Below, piece after piece: positions 1 through 12,664 of a DNA stretch of 64,000 nucleotides. The stretch comes from Eledone cirrhosa (taxonomy: Eukaryota): assembly GCA_964016885.1 (NCBI GenBank), contig OZ024745.1, forward strand, positions 79,670,001-79,734,000, given 5' to 3'. The position numbers and the translations under genes were made by a program. The stretch's first letter is position 1. Each line of letters opens with the position of its first letter. The notes beneath the pieces were generated by a model. The model searched no databases, was not told the DNA's origin, and saw nothing but the letters and a program-made list of their open reading frames with translations.

Positions 1-478
1 AATAAGATAAGATACAATAAAATGAAGAAGCAAAAAAATATGAAGAAGCAAAAAAAAAAACAAATAAATAAATAAAGTAGAATAAAATGCATGTTTGTTA
101 TAGCCAATATCAAATATCCAAGAAGAATAAAGTGCGCGTGTGTTATAGCCAATATTAAAGTTTGAAAGATTTGGAAAATATTTCATTATCTGTTTGGCAC
201 CCCCTCACCACGTGTAAGGGTGGTAGGATTGATGCAAATTATGGTGCGCTTTCATCAGATAAAATATAATATAGATCAGTTTTATAAACAAATATTGACA
301 TACCCTTAAAAGAATGCGACCATGTCTGTTGGAAGCTCCCGGATAGTGGGGTTACTAATTTTATTATTGGTCTATTATGCAAATTAGTGTCAGAGAGGTT
401 TAAATCCCATACATTTAAATTAAGCCGTTGGAATAGGGGAAAAAGAAAAAGAGAAAGAAAGAGCAAACCCAAAGAAGG

Positions 479-627
479 AAAAGAAAAGAAAAGAAAAGAA
501 AAGAAAAGAAAAGAAAAGAAAAGAAAAGAAAAGAAAAGAAAAGAAAAGAAAAGAAAAGAAAAGAAAAGAAAAGAAAAGAAAAGAAAAGAAAAGAAAAGAA
601 AAGAAAAGAAAAGAAAAGAAAAGAAAA
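479..627 (+). repeat. (GAAAA)n pentanucleotide microsatellite
   Basis: Direct reading; it explains ORFs 239..685 and 387..689. Confidence 0.95.
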
Positions 628-2053
628 TAAAAGAAAAAGGAATAGGAAAAAAGAAAAGAAGAAAGAGAAAGAGAGAAAACCCCAAGTGAGAGAGTGTTGT
701 ATTAACGTAGTTTTATGAGATGAAGCGAAAAAATAAATATATAGTGGGTGAGTTAGCGTGTATAGATAAATAAATAAATAAATAGATAGTAGTAACCGGA
801 GAAATTTATCTAATCTTTAAATTTGATTAAATTATTGAGATCTATATATTATTAAAAGAATATATATATATACACACACACACACATATATATATATATC
901 CCATCAAAAAATATTATTAAAATATATGTTATTATTACATAACCTTACATAAATTTATTATTAATCATCAACCAACAATTAATTATTAATTTTTCAATTA
1001 ACAATAAAACTTATAAGAAATAACAAAATATATGTTTAAAATGTAGGAATGTTCAGAGATTTTACTGAAGAAAAACTCTTCTTAGTAATAGCAATACAGC
1101 GTGAGGGAAAAATTAATTGATTTATTTGTAATTTAGATAGTTCTAATGATTAAATGTTATAAAAGTTAAGATGATAAAAAAAGTTAAGATTATAAGAGAA
1201 CCTTATATTACTTTATAGTAAGTTATAAAATTTATATATTTTATAGATCCACCTGTTATATAGTTGTGACTGTTAAAATATAAGTTTGTTTACTATAACG
1301 TCTTAATGTTTAAAGTTTTTCTTAAGAAGTTTTTCTTAAGAAGTTTTTCTTAAGAATTTTTTTAAAGCATAAACCGTAAAAAAAACCTTTTTACATGAGT
1401 TCATTCATAGAATGTATTCAAATTATACATTTCGATATACATAGACTCACATATACATAGACATACATACATGGATACAGACGCATATATACACACATAT
1501 ATATATATATACATATACATACATATACACACATACATATACACATATACATATATATATATAAATACAAAATACATACTATAAAATAAAATATGAGTTA
1601 TAATTTTAAAAAGGATTATAATTTTTAAAGGAATTACAATTTTTAAAAAGGAATTACAATTTCTAAAAAAAATATAATTATATAATTTTAAAAGGAATTA
1701 TATTTTCAAGCAATGTAATTTTTAAGCAATATAATTCTAAAAATATGTAACTTTTAAAAAATATATATAAAAATATATAGAAAAACACAGTATAAAATAT
1801 GAATTATAACTTTTTATATATCCATCAGAGAAATTAACCAAAAAACCCTTTTTTTTTAGAAACTTTCAGAATGTTTATCTTAATTTTTTATATATCCATT
1901 TTTTAAAAAAACTTGTTTATCTAGAAGAATTTTCTAGGAAAATTTTTTCTTCATTTAAGAGAGATTTGGCAGTCGTACGAAGGAATCTAGCGATTTATCG
2001 ATAGGTTTAATAAGATGAGTTATATATTACATTTTAAATTTATATTTAAACGT

Positions 2054-3750
2054 TTAATTTAATCTATGTTTACAGCAACTGAAAAGATTGTTCCTTAGAT
2101 TCACAGAATTTTTGCTCTTTAATATAAAGAATATTTCCTCTATACAAAGAGCACAATTTTCGGAAGAAGAAATGAATGGAGGAGCTTTGGAGATAATATT
2201 CCAAAGTAAAGAATAGTTAATGTTCTTTAATTTTAGGTCCCATAGTAAGCTAGATAGAGAAGTTGAAGATTTTTTATTTATATTCGTAAAAGAGCATTTA
2301 TGGTTATTAAAACGAGATTTGAAGTCTGTGGAAGTAGAACCTACATAATTAAATGAATTTAAATTAGTTTTTACATTACAATTATATACTATATTTTTAG
2401 CTAAACAATTGTTATTTAACGGACAGTTATATTTGTTTCTACAGTTACATTTATTAAAATTCAAGTTACTAGGAGCCGTGTTATTAAATTGGATATTGCT
2501 GGTGTTGTTAATGGTATTCTGGTTAGGTTTTAAGTTTCTATTATTAATTCTATTAATATTCTGCGCTAAATTACTGGTGGTTGAATAAATTAATTTTATA
2601 GTATGTCTATTAAATATTGAGTAATATCTATGTGTTCTACGGAAGCATTTGTCAAGAGCTTTAAAGAATAGTTTAGCTATAGGAGTTTTAATATTTAATG
2701 AGAAAGGAGGAGCGAACCATAATATATTCCTAGTTCTATTTCTTTTTTTGTTTATCGAATTATTGTAAGGTTTTCTATTATAGTTGTTAAAATTATGGTT
2801 AGTTGTTATATTATTATTATCAATGTATTTAATTTTATTACTATATCCAGCTCTACCTAACGCTTCGTTGTAATATTGTGCTTTATCATCAAAAATATCC
2901 TTATGAACTGAAATTCTAGAAATGCATTGCTGTACAGAATTTACTATAGTATTTTTAACGGATCTGGGGTGATTGGAGTTAAAATTAACGTAGTTTAAGT
3001 TCTCGTTTAATTTGTGAAATGGATAAGGAAGACATGTGTTAAGGTCTAAGGTTACATCTAGAAAGTTAATTATTTTATAATTATTCTCTATTTCTAATTT
3101 AAGATTAAGGTAATTAAAAAATTGTATAATTTTTTTTCTTTTCCTATTTAATTCACAGTTATTATTTTCGATAACTAAGAGTATATCGTCGCGATATAAA
3201 CCCCCGGTCATCTCCGGTATTTTTCTGTGTAGAGTATTATTTATAAAAAGCCCCACAAGATCCGTTACCTGGGCGGAATCCGATGACCCCATAGTGACAT
3301 CGAAATTATTATCTCTATCCAATTGAATAAACTTATTATTATAATTATATTTAATGTCTTTAAACCATTCGATAACTTCGTTAGTTCCTTTCCATAATTT
3401 TAAATAAGATAATTCCTTAATTTGTGGTATTATTCTGTCTAAAATGTTCTTGCTAAGTATGCCAAGGTCCGATTTAGATGGTGCAATTAATCTAACTGGT
3501 AAGTCAATTTCAAAGTTCCTTTTGTGGTCCTTCATATTAATTTTTGGTTTCCTTGGCATGAAGGGTTGTGTCCTATTTTCAATGCCTAAATCCTGCATTA
3601 TGTAAGAAGCGTCTGTATTCAATTTTTCAAGGTCGTCATTAGTTGTTATTTTGTATTTCTTCCTTAATTCTTTTAATATAAGATCGTTATAAATATCCTT
3701 CTGCATTCCATAAAGATTATTGGTTTTGTCCGACTTGACTAGAATTTTTT
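2054..3750 (-). pseudogene. PLE reverse transcriptase + C-terminal GIY-YIG endonuclease (Naiad-like), 5'-truncated, with an internal deletion
   Basis: Motifs KSDKTNNLY (upstream of the listed Met), KDHK..F, RLIAPSKSDLG, FDVTMGSSDSAQVTDLVG, GLYRDD, FLDVTLDL, SNHP, CNCRNKYNCPLNNNCL, IVY..YVGST, FKSRFNNH, CALC..CCKH. The RT segment between 'QLD' and 'FDVTMG' appears to be missing. Confidence 0.85.
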
Positions 3751-3942
3751 CCGTTTTCTTTCTCCTTTTCTTTTTTCCCTATTCCAACGGCTTAATTTAA
3801 ATGTATGGGATTTAAACCTCTTCGACACTAATTTGTATAATAGACCAATAATAAAATTAGTAACCTCACTATCCGGGAGCTTCCAACAGACATGGTCGCA
3901 TTCTTTTAAGGGTATGTCAATATTTGTTTATAAAACTGATCT

Positions 3943-4018
3943 ATATTATATTTTATCTGATGAAAGCGCACCATCATTTGCTTTAGTGTCCTTGAAATAT
4001 GTATAATGAAATAAATAT
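3943..4018 (+). ncRNA. Type I minimal hammerhead ribozyme
   Basis: Stem I atattatattttat/atgaaataaatat; CTGATGA 3957-3963; stem II aagcgcac/gtgtcctt; GAAA 3994-3997; t-atgt-a; predicted cleavage after AUA at 4005. Confidence 0.75.
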
Positions 4019-4142
4019 GGTTTTATAAATATAGTTTCCATTTATTAATATATTGTATTTTTACTCCAAAAATTTGTTGAGTGCTTTATATCAGTTATAA
4101 AAATATTTGCTTGTTGTATCCCAACAAATTAAATATAACTTC

Positions 4143-4284
<142 letters not shown>

Positions 4285-4294
4285 TATTTATCTA

Positions 4295-4629
4295 TGCACG
4301 AGGAGATGGAAAGACCCCCTAGTTAGGATATCATTCTAGAAGAAAGAATATTCCAATGTAAAACCTCGGACTTGATGGCAGCTAATGATGTTGACCTCTT
4401 CTTTTGGGATTCTTGCCTCCATTTGTTCAGAAAGTGCAAAGCCTTCCTTCACTTATAAAGCTTCAAGCACAGGCGTTCCTTAATCTAAACAACGTTCTTT
4501 TTTCTTTCGCTGCAACATATGCAGAAATGAATCCATTTCCTTGAAGGGCTAAAAAAATCATATTCGTGACACCCATATATAAGAAAAAGATCAAGGAATG
4601 GCAATTCTCGAAACCGAGATGCAGCCACT
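4295..4629 (+). mobile_element. Fragment of a short non-autonomous repeat (possibly RTE-derived), related to 13703-14310
   Basis: Shares ctag.agaa..aa.a.tc and aatgatgttgac blocks and the 3' end ctcgaaa.cgag..gcagccac followed by (ATGT)n. Confidence 0.45.
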
Positions 4630-4661
4630 ATGTATGTATATGTGTATGTATGGTTGTATGC

Positions 4662-4728
<67 letters not shown>

Positions 4729-4822
4729 CATATGTGTGTGTGTGTGTATATAAATGTGTTTCTATATTTGAATATATATATGTTTGTATGTATATACATG
4801 CACACATTCATATATATGTGTG

Positions 4823-4894
<72 letters not shown>

Positions 4895-4916
4895 AATATA
4901 TATATATAAACAGACT

Positions 4917-5220
4917 AAATAAAGATGGCGTAGAAAATACAATGTAACGGGAGGAAACAATAGCACCACTGACGATGTTGCAGATGTGCAACGAAAGATT
5001 TATGATAAACTATATATATGTGTTTGTGTCTATATTGTATCTGTATTATTTTTGACTGTTGGTCAGTCAATGGCAACATTGAGGACCGAATCAATTAGAT
5101 TACCGATATAAAAGACACAGAAGCGAAAAGCGAAAACCAACCAAACAGTGATTGTGTTCTGTTATTAATTCTGGCAATATTACACAAATATGACCCTCCC
5201 CAAGTATAACAATATACAAA
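4917..5220 (+). mobile_element. Diverged PLE 3'-end fragment with hammerhead motif (4965-5006); same family as 27606-28064 and 53410-53735
   Basis: Shared aagatggcgtag and atgaccctccc.aagtataacaata blocks; CTGACGA-t-gttgca-gatg-tgcaac-GAAA-gatt-TA. Confidence 0.6.
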
Positions 5221-5226
5221 TATATG

Positions 5227-5302
<76 letters not shown>

Positions 5303-5696
5303 AATATAAATTTAGCGAGAATCGCATTTCGGCGGGTAGAAATTAGCGAAACGCAACTTCCGTAACGTGTAAAACAAGCGCTCCATGGATATGAAGAAGA
5401 TACCAGAGCTATAAACATAAGTTAAAAAGGTCATACAAACTGAGACGATGGTTAAGAAGCCATTAACCACCTTAGCCAAATAAGTAAACAAGCTAAACGG
5501 GTCAAACAAAATAAGATATGATTGAAATAGTTACCCAGACCCTCGGGGAAGATAGAATACTCCGAATTTGGGTTTTTGCCACACCTAAATCAATAATACT
5601 GTCTGCTTATTAAGAATAAGCTTTTGGTATAATGATCGAACAAGGCATCGCTTTCTCAATACCGCCTTTGGAAGCACCATAGATACCATTATACAC

Positions 5697-5747
<51 letters not shown>

Positions 5748-5755
<8 letters not shown>

Positions 5756-6942
5756 TCTTTAAGTCGTTTGGAAGCCTCAACAATGCAAATGGGTAAATCT
5801 CCGGGTAACAAGATCCGGTGGTGGAAAGGGAGATGTAAGAGTGGGTGTACGTTGAGATGCGTGGTGTGTAAAGATGTGTAAATGTGTAGAAGAAAGAAGG
5901 GAAGAGTATAAAGGATAAAATTAAAATAACAACACAAGAGAGAGCTACCTTGGGAGAGATTTAATAGTCCCTATATATTTCGGATTCACATCCATCAACT
6001 GGGGTTTTTTTCCGGGGTAAAGGTTGTCTGTCGGACAGGTGCGAAACGCGTCCTCCACTGTTTGTTGTTTTGAATATCTGAGGTATTCGGCAGAGCGCGC
6101 GTGCGCGTGAAATGGGGTCGGTCGGGCAGAGGTCAGCGGCCGAATGAGGGAGTGGGGTGGCGCTAGCTGTCAGTCCATTCTCTGTCTGTTTGTTAAATGT
6201 TACTGTCTGTGTGTGTGCGTGTGTTGTTGTCTCGCTTGAGTGTGTGTGTGTGTGCGTGTGTAGTTGCCTTGTTCCTCTGTATTGGCAGTGTAGTATGTTC
6301 GTATAGTGGAATGCTACACACACACACACACACAGTAGCATTCCACCATACGAACATACTACACTGCCAATACAGAGGAACAAGGCAACTACACACGCAC
6401 ACACACACACACACTCAACCGAGACAACAACACACGCACACACACACACAGTAACATTTAACAAACAGGCAGAGAATGGACTGACAGCTAGCGCCACCCC
6501 ATTCCCTCATTCGGCCGCTGACCTCTGCCCGACCGACCCTATTTCACGCGCACGCGCGCTCTGCCGAATACCTCAGATATTCAAAACAACAAACAGTGGA
6601 GGAGGCGTTTCGCACCTGTCCGACAGACAACCTTTACCCCGGAAAAAAACCCCAGTTGATGGATGTGAATCCGAAATATATAGGGACTATTAAATCTCTC
6701 CCAAGGTAACTCTCTCTTCTGTTGTTATTTTAATTCTATCCTTTATACTCTTCCCTTCTTTTTTCTACACATTTAATCATCTTTACACACCACGCATCTC
6801 AACGTACACCCACTTACATCTCCCTTTCCACCACCGGATCTTGTTACCCGGAGATTTACCCATTTGCATTGTCGAGGCTTCCAAACGACTTAAAGATATT
6901 TATTTATTATTCCACAATGCTTCAAGCAAACTTCAATACTCT

Positions 6943-6945
<3 letters not shown>
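5748..6945. mobile_element. Asymmetric palindromic element in (TA)n: arms ~5748-6317 / ~6335-6903, tail 6904-6945
   Basis: Arms are near-perfect reverse complements around a (CA)n centre; (TA)n on both flanks. Confidence 0.85.
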
Positions 6946-6999
<54 letters not shown>

Positions 7000-8332
7000 A
7001 GATCAAAAGATGGTTAAAGGAGTTCAATATATTTTATTATGCGCATTTCAAAAACAAACATCATCAAACAATAATATTTGTGTTTTCATCAGATAAAACA
7101 GGAGAACATGATATGAAGGCTAAAAAAACACTTGTTGATAGTGCAGTTTTAAATCAACATATGAAAAGTGGTTTTAGATTGATGTGTGATATTGGGAAAA
7201 ATATTTTATTTAGAGAGGGGGGGAGAGAAAAGGATGAAAAGGGAAGGAGATGAGAGGGAGAGATGGGTGATAGAGAGAAAGAGATAGTTTTTATAACAGA
7301 GAGGAGATATATTTTATATAGAGGGGTTGAAAACCGTTGGAAGATACTGTATAAATTAAAAATTTTGAAAATTAACGAAGGGAGGATATGTGCGAGGAAA
7401 AAATATATTATATTTAGGGAGGGGTGGGGGTGGAAAGGATGAAAAAAAGGGGAGGAGATGAGAGTGAAGGTGGAAAGGGAGAGATGGGTGATAGAGAGAA
7501 AGAGATAGTTTTTATAACTGAGAAAAAGATATAATGTTTTAATATAGAGAGGTTGGGAACCGTTGGAAGATAATGTATAAATTAAAGGAATTTGAAAATT
7601 AACGAAGGGAAATTATGTATGGAGATAGAGAGAAAAAAATAACGAAGGGAGATTATGTATGGAGATAGAGAGAAAAAAAAATAATAATTGTGGGTGAATA
7701 TTCAAAAGGAGAAATGTAGGAATTTTAAAATTAGCAAAGAGAAAAAGTTTATGTATAGGATTTGAGAAAAATAATGTGAAGTTAAAGTTTTTATATTGAA
7801 TTCATATGTATTAATAATGAGTTCGTTGATGGGGAGAAAAAAATAATAATAAATTAAGGATGAAATTGAGATTAAAAAGATTTATGATAGAGAGAAAAAA
7901 TAATAATGATTGCGGATGAATACTCAAAATGTCAAAAACAAATGTTATTGTTTTACGAGGAGATATAATGAGGGTGATGAGTAAACGGGTATTATAGAGT
8001 GTATAATGCCCTTTAAAGTAAGGTAGATGGGTATATTTTAAAGAATATATGAGTATATATTAAAAAAAATATATAATAATAAATTAAGGATGAAATTGAG
8101 ATTAAAAAGATTTATGATAGAGGGAAAAAAAAATAATAATGATTGCGGATGAATATTCAAAATGTCAAAAACAAATGTTATTGTTTTACGAGAAGATAGG
8201 ATGAGGTAAATGAGTAAACGAGTACTATAGAGTGTATAATGCCCTTTAAAGTAAGGTAGATGGGTATATTTTAAAGAGGTGTATGTATATGTGCCTTTGA
8301 GAAAAGATTCTAAATTGATAAAGAATTGAATA

Positions 8333-8612
8333 TTAACTGTATACTTTGTGAAAAGTTCTATGGAATTTATGCAGGCAGATGGAAAACAAATCCGAGCGTC
8401 TATTTATTATGGATTCTAGGTTAGAGATAATGGTAAATTTTTCATTTAGGCAGAGATTACAGATTTTAGATAGAGAACTGTTCAAGTACGAGGATGCAGA
8501 AGAAATCTTTTTCCAAAAGATGGTATATTTAATGTTTTTGTCTTTCAAGGACCATATGAGTTCTGAGAGAGCAGTGTTAGTTCTTTTAAGTTTGTATTTG
8601 AAAGATGAATGA
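8333..8612 (-). pseudogene. PLE GIY-YIG C-terminal fragment
   Basis: HSSFKY..TALSELIWSLKDKNIKYTIFWK..CNLCLNEK..IINRRSDLFSICLH, homologous to the C-terminus of the 2054..3706 ORF. Confidence 0.8.
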
Positions 8613-9513
8613 TGATTATAATACCCGTTTACTCATCACCCTCATTATATCTCCTCGTAAAACAATAACATTTGTTTTTGACATTTTGAGTATTCATCCG
8701 CAATCATTATTATTTTTTCTCTCTATCATAAATCTTTTTAATCTCAATTTCATCCTTAATTTATTATTATTTTTTTCTCCCCATCAACGAACTCATTATT
8801 AATACATATGAATTCAATATAAAAACTTTAACTTCACATTATTTTTCTCAAATCCTATACATAAACTTTTTCTCTTTGCTAATTTTAAAATTCCTACATT
8901 TCTCCTTTTGAATATTCACCCACAATTATTATTTTTTTTTTCTCTCTATCTCCATACATAATCTCCCTTCGTTATTTTTTTCTCTCTATCTCCATACATA
9001 ATTTCCCTTCGTTAATTTTCAAATTCCTTTAATTTATACATTATCTTCCAACGGTTCCCAACCTCTCTATATTAAAACATTATATCTTTTTCTCAGTTAT
9101 AAAAACTATCTCTTTCTCTCTATCACCCATCTCTCCCTTTCCACCTTCACTCTCATCTCCTCCCCTTTTTTTCATCCTTTCCACCCCCACCCCTCCCTAA
9201 ATATAATATATTTTTTCCTCGCACATATCCTCCCTTCGTTAATTTTCAAAATTTTTAATTTATACAGTATCTTCCAACGGTTTTCAACCCCTCTATATAA
9301 AATATATCTCCTCTCTGTTATAAAAACTATCTCTTTCTCTCTATCACCCATCTCTCCCTCTCATCTCCTTCCCTTTTCATCCTTTTCTCTCCCCCCCTCT
9401 CTAAATAAAATATTTTTCCCAATATCACACATCAATCTAAAACCACTTTTCATATGTTGATTTAAAACTGCACTATCAACAAGTGTTTTTTTAGCCTTCA
9501 TATCATGTTCTCC

Positions 9514-9584
9514 TGTTTTATCTGATGAAAACACAAATATTATTGTTTGATGATGTTTGTTTTTGAAATGCGCATAATAAAATA
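9514..9584 (+). ncRNA. Type I hammerhead ribozyme (mirror copy at 7030-7100, minus strand)
   Basis: Stem I tgttttat/ataaaata; CTGATGA 9522-9528; ~15 bp stem II; GAAA-t-GCGC-a-TA with a palindromic loop III. Confidence 0.8.
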
Positions 9585-9708
9585 TATTGAACTCCTTTAA
9601 CCATCTTTTGATCTTATATTATGCATACTCCAGTCCCACAAACTGTAGAGTGCTTCTTATCCGATATCTGCATTGCTTTATTGTACTACAATAAAACTCA
9701 CCTCCTAC

Positions 9709-9744
<36 letters not shown>

Positions 9745-9748
<4 letters not shown>

Positions 9749-9907
9749 GTGTATAATGGTAGCTATGGTGTTTCCGTTTCCATAGGCGGCATGCCAAAAT
9801 TAGCACTCGATATTCAGCAGAGTAGAGTGTAGATAGTATAAAGAAAACGAAAAATCAGTGATGCATCTGGACTTAATTTATTGCGTGTTACAATTGTTTC
9901 GCCGGCA
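9745..9907 (-). mobile_element. PLE 3' end: 3' half of a hammerhead plus tail
   Basis: Minus strand reads GAAACAATTGTA, then the TACTC..GAGTG hairpin. Its terminus resembles 5664-5700 and the body resembles 31770-31860. Confidence 0.55.
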
Positions 9908-10007
9908 TATATATATATATGTAAAAGGTAAACAGAAATAACAACACAATCGGTACAGTATATGGAAGGTGTATATTAGGTTAACGCTTGATATAGCAGG
10001 AACAGGG

Positions 10008-10043
10008 TCTTAACGTTTCGGACGCTAGTCCTTCATCAGAAGA
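10008..10043 (-). ncRNA. Minimal hammerhead ribozyme in a PLE 3'-end fragment
   Basis: tctt-CTGATGA-a-ggac-tagc-gtcc-GAAA-cg-TT-aaga. Confidence 0.7.
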
Positions 10044-10295
10044 AAGAATGAGAAATAAAATAGATTAGGGGACGGGCGGGATGGAATTAGAAAAGTGTAT
10101 GATGGCAGGCATCTACTTGAAATCGAAAAAAAAAACGTTTAAACGTAAAAAGAGCTATACTTGAGCACGTGCGTAAGCATTTGTGTGTGTGTGTGTGTGT
10201 GTTATTATAGGTCTGTACGCAGCTAAGAAGAAATGTGTGTATATGTGAGTAAAAGAGTGTGTGTGTATGTAAGTACGAAGCTATGAGCAAACGTA

Positions 10296-10327
<32 letters not shown>

Positions 10328-10336
10328 TTCCTATAC

Positions 10337-10448
<112 letters not shown>

Positions 10449-10824
10449 TTAGACTGTTGAGAAGTGACACACGAGTTGATATATATTAGGAAAATACGAA
10501 AAAAAGTAGACAGTGCTAATGGGATTTTCTCATAGAATAACAGCAAAACATTTTTTTAAAAGTAATTTATCGTACCGGTTTCAGCCGATAGTTTTTTCGG
10601 CTTCTTCACACTACAGGAAATATGATAAAAAGTACATAATAAAATTTAGGTGTATATTAACTAGAAGAGGGTATTAGAGGTCATAGTTTACATATATATA
10701 TATATAAAGTTTACATTTTCGTTTATCTCTTTCTCTCTCTCCTCCTCGATGGTTTGGTGGTAGTATTAACTGTGATGTTGGTTTGTTCCCTGTTATTGTC
10801 TGACTGATTGTTGACTACAATTGC

Positions 10825-10868
<44 letters not shown>

Positions 10869-11060
10869 AAGAAGAAGAAGAAGAAGAAGAGGTAGTAATA
10901 ATAAGGATATAGTAAAGGAGGAAGGAGAAGAAGAAGAAGAAGAAGAAGAAGAAGAAGAAGAAGAAGAAGAAGAAGGGGTAGTAATAATAGGGATATAGTA
11001 AAGGAGGAAGGAAAAGACGAAGGAGGAGAAGAAGAAGAAGGAGAAGCAGAAGGAGACGAC
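10825..11060 (+). repeat. (AGT)n and (GAA)n trinucleotide microsatellites
   Basis: Direct reading. Confidence 0.9.
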
Positions 11061-11092
11061 AGGGAGGTGTAGTAATATTATTATTATTAGTA

Positions 11093-11292
11093 GTGGACGG
11101 TGGATTGGCAGTATCGGTAGAGAGTCGGACGCCATGCTTTCCAGCATAGTTACGTCCCTTTACGGTCTGAGTTCAAATCCCGTCGAGGTTAACTTTGCCT
11201 TTCATCCTTACGGGGTCGATAAAATAAAGTACCAGTAATATACTGGATAATTGCTGGCCTTGTGCCAAAAGTAGAAACAATTATTATTATTA
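11093..11292 (+). mobile_element. tRNA-derived SINE with a MetaSINE-like core
   Basis: B box GAGTTCAAATCC; core gcctttcatccttacggggtcgataaaataaagtaccag; (ATT)n tail; multiple copies in the window. Confidence 0.8.
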
Positions 11293-12664
11293 GTAGTAGT
11301 AATAGAAGCTGTCCGTGGGACTGACATTAATGGTAGAGTGACCTGAAATTGACCTGAAGTAGTAATTGTTTCTATCTTTCTTAGTATTTCTATAGGAAAT
11401 ACAGTCGTTCTTAATTTGTCTATCGGTGTTAGTGTTGGGTGCTTGTTGCAGTTTCATCTGTGGTGGCTCATTTAAACGGGGTTCGTATTTTGTGACAAAG
11501 TATGATTCTTTGCTCGTGCGTTGACTGTGGGTAGCGTTGTCTTCAAATTTATAGAGGGGAAAAATTCTGAAATTGGGTTGTTCATTACACCGTGTAAGAA
11601 AAACAAATTTGTTCTCTCTTCCTGGCTTGTAATCACTTTTTTGTGTTGCTTAGGTCCCAAATAAATAAAAAAGTGCTATTAAACAGTTAAAAGTTGGGGT
11701 TTGTAAAAATTCATGTAAGTTTAATTTGCTTATGTTAAATGATTTTTTTTATATATGTTTCAGGTTAAATTAAAATTATAAAATAAAGAGTAATACCTAA
11801 AGAAAATTATTAAAGTGCAATAAAGTATAAAATTGTTAAAAAGTGGATTGAAGAGATTTATTGATACTGAATTTTCGCACCCTGAATAAAGGGTAAGTTG
11901 TGTTTTAAGCATTCGTCTCCAGGATGAAGATAGACGCTTTTCACTTCGGCGAAGCCCTCATCAACTTTTTCAAATTCCACTTGGAAAGGCTGGAGTGAGA
12001 AGTGCTTCCCCCCAGAATATTTGTTAAAAGTTGGGTAAATATAGTGAGAATGGTCCGAGAGTTTGTAGGCTGGATAGTTTAGAGAGGAGAGGAGCTCCTT
12101 CCAATGGTATCTTGGTGTTTAGGGTAGTTTCGGTTGCTAAATTACCCCTGAGTGGTGCTCCCATATTCTTTATTGTTATCTGTTTTATTTGTTTAGACGT
12201 TTCAACTTGTTCAATTTTTTTTGTAAATCCCCAGTCCCCGACTTTTTCTTTCGGCCCTCGGAGCCAATAAATAAATAATAATTATTGTTATGTTTTGTTA
12301 AAGCAGTCTAACCATTCTTAGTCAGTAAATTATAAATATTTTGCTGATTACAATTTTGTCCCGCTTCTGTTTATTGTTATTTACACCGAGAAATGATTAT
12401 TCCCAGTTGTGAAAGTTGACGCCATTTGTCGAAAAGTAGTCTGTGGTGGAATGGCAGGAGAACAATTTATTTAGCTGGTGAAATGTTCTTCCTACCATCT
12501 TGAAAAAAATACCTTTGATCATACAAACGCTTTGTCAAAGCTAACCCCAAATTAATTAGCAAATCAGACATGAGGTTAGAAAGCAGCAGCAACAATGACA
12601 ACCCTATGATGTTGGAAAATCAAAAATAGACCATAGTAGTAATTGAACTCAATATGGAAAGGAA

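Larger units (their letters stand above)
6993..9712 (-). mobile_element. Truncated Naiad-like PLE with ~1 kb inverted arms (6993-7996 / 8616-9621) and tail 9622-9712
   Basis: Reverse-complement arms, GIY-YIG C-terminal remnant between them, hammerhead in both arms, (TA)n flanks. Confidence 0.85.

Noticed and set aside
2054-3706. Selenocysteine recoding as reported for some Naiad elements
   Set aside because: No in-frame TGA at Cys positions in this ORF; no SECIS identified by eye.
6650-6685. Hammerhead-like ccc-CAGTTGA-t-ggat-gtga-atcc-GAAA-tata-TA-ggg
   Set aside because: Two core substitutions; topology fits but it is not called as a ribozyme.
10567-10612. Minus-strand GTGAAGA-agccga..tcggct-GAAA-CCGG-TA
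   Set aside because: C3 is mutated without compensation and stem I is unconvincing; probably a decayed hammerhead.
11930-11968. Minus-strand TTGATGA..GAAAAGCGTC
   Set aside because: Poor stems and an uncompensated core change.
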